Source: Antedon mediterranea (Eukaryota; Animalia; Echinodermata). From it: DNA of 64,000 bases. The stretch is taken from the NCBI RefSeq assembly GCF_964355755.1, contig NC_092674.1, positions 11,904,001 to 11,968,000 of the forward strand, written 5' to 3'. Of the stretch, positions 63,610 to 64,000 are shown one piece after another (the first letter of the stretch is position 1; each line of letters opens with the position of its first letter). The translations under genes and the position numbers were made by a program. The notes beneath the pieces were generated by a model. That model was not told the origin of the DNA and made no database searches. It saw only the letters and a program-made list of their open reading frames with translations.

Positions 63610-64000
63610 GATGTCTGTATACTAGAGGCGTCCGCATACAAAAAATATCCGTATATGAGAGGTGTCCACATGAGAGGTGCCTGATATGAGAGGAGTCATC
63701 ATATGGGAGGTGTCCGCATACGTGACGTGTCCGCATTCGTGAGGTGTCCACATAGGAGATGAGTCATCATATGGGAGGTGTCCACATACGTGATGTTTCC
63801 GCATATGTGAGGTGTTTGCATGTGAGGTGTTTGCATGAGAGGTGTCCGCATGAGAGGTGACTGCATATGAGAAGTGTGTGCATATGAGAGGTGTCTGCAT
63901 ATGACGTGTAGCATATGAGGACGGTGTTCGCATACAAGGTGTTTGCATATGAGGTATCCCCATACATGTAGTGTCCGCATATGAGAGGTTCCCAGATTTC
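63610..64000. repeat. ~17-bp minisatellite (CATATGAGAGGTGTCCG)
   Basis: Degenerate tandem copies run to the window end, inside the last intron of UBXN7. Confidence 0.9.

Noticed and set aside
63512-63980. Four overlapping His/Thr-rich ORFs
   Set aside because: They are translations of the 17-bp repeat.

Overview
AT-rich eukaryotic genomic DNA with GT-AG introns. The gene set suggests a marine invertebrate, most likely an echinoderm (inference, not proven). Genes I could reconstruct by hand: the 5' end of a secreted-protein gene (-, runs off the window start) with a frameshifted WSC-domain exon upstream; FAM124 (-); CEP19 (-); a complete 6-exon NR2E-family nuclear receptor of the HR83/NR2E6 type (+); a 14-exon GDPD5/GDE2-like gene (+); and the last exon of UBXN7 (-). 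The standout is a 4-exon gene at 51910-55371 (-) that the ORF track shows only as fragments. It splices into a 155-aa leaderless protein whose motif pattern and intron phases match the interleukin-1 beta-trefoil cytokine domain, making it a candidate invertebrate IL-1-like cytokine (FGF-like is the main alternative). Intergenic and intronic DNA holds many non-autonomous transposons with readable TIRs/TSDs (Kolobok TTAA, hAT 8 bp, Mutator 9 bp, Harbinger-like), 5S- and tRNA-derived SINEs, LINE remnants, minisatellites, and 20-25-bp palindromic insertions, two with perfect 7-bp target duplications. All family assignments come from recalled motifs; no database search was run.
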